DNA from: a virus
Lineage: Duplodnaviria; Heunggongvirae; Uroviricota; Caudoviricetes
Reading direction: 5' to 3' (one strand)
DNA: 64,000 nt
Virus record (IMG/VR): IMGVR_UViG_3300006147_000008
Location: 19,905-83,904 of that record
Program-made: the position numbers and the translations under genes
Shown here: positions 63,944 through 64,000 of the stretch, in pieces
How the letters are laid out: every line of letters begins with the position of its first letter
How positions within the stretch are numbered: position 1 is the stretch's first letter
The notes under the pieces: model-generated
Told to the model about the DNA's origin: nothing
The model's database searches: none
The model's input: only the letters and a program-made list of their open reading frames with translations

Positions 63944-64000
63944 TTGTTTCATAAAAAAAAAGCGGGGGCCCACAGCGGCGCCACCGCCCTGATTTCGCTA

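Noticed and set aside
47500-64000. Integron-like cassette array
   Set aside because: Each small gene has its own promoter and terminator; there are no attC-like imperfect inverted repeats and no integrase.
1-64000. CRISPR array or cas genes
   Set aside because: The only repeats are promoter/leader boxes with variable spacing and hairpin terminators. There are no regularly spaced direct repeats with unique spacers. The Cas4-like nuclease is a phage recombination exonuclease without neighbouring cas genes.

Overview
The window reads as a minus-strand-dominated segment of a large phage or prophage genome from a Shine-Dalgarno-using (Firmicutes-like) host. Nearly every gene is preceded by a GGAGG-type ribosome-binding site.

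Layout, left to right:
- An IS5-family element (inverted repeats at about 626 and 1459) interrupts a gene.
- 1.6-27 kb holds nucleotide-metabolism and replication/recombination genes: NrdD/NrdG, a kinase-dUTPase fusion, an HAD nucleotidase, a dNMP kinase, ThyX, a DnaE-type Pol III alpha, a primase-helicase, a Cas4-like nuclease, SSB, ERF, a DNA ligase and several DNA methyltransferases. Two methyltransferases are frameshifted or decayed.
- 22.9-26.5 kb is a compact NAD+ salvage/reconstitution cluster: NadE, a Nampt/Namat-like gene, a Prs/Adps-like gene and a nicotinamidase-like hydrolase.
- 27.9-30.6 kb holds an IS110-family insertion and two lipoprotein genes.
- 30.7-38.7 kb is a co-oriented RNA healing and sealing module: PP-loop ATPase, polynucleotide kinase + HD phosphoesterase, a minimal nucleotidyltransferase, an Rnl2-like RNA ligase with an N-terminal tRNA-binding domain, a cysteine desulfurase and a vWA-domain protein that may be Ro60/TROVE-like.
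- 38.8-40.35 kb carries five tandem tRNA-like genes of about 115-123 nt and one canonical tRNA-Ser(GCU). Each tRNA-like gene has a conserved insert of about 45-55 nt (a hairpin plus an ACAGCAA box) in its D-loop or anticodon region.
- 40.5-47.5 kb holds an SPFH protein, the only plus-strand genes (an XRE repressor and an ImmA protease), and a DarB-like methyltransferase-helicase fusion.
- 47.5-64 kb is an array of about 35 small genes, all on the minus strand. Most carry their own near-identical promoter/RBS cassette (GGTTAGCAAA-N12-TGTAAATA-NN-AATRG-GGAGG) and many end in an intrinsic terminator.

A second conserved leader box (GCAACAAAATCTCTC, just 5' of the RBS) marks operon starts in the left 47 kb. 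My hand-derived coordinates (tRNA-like genes, IS ends, motifs) may be off by 1-3 nt.
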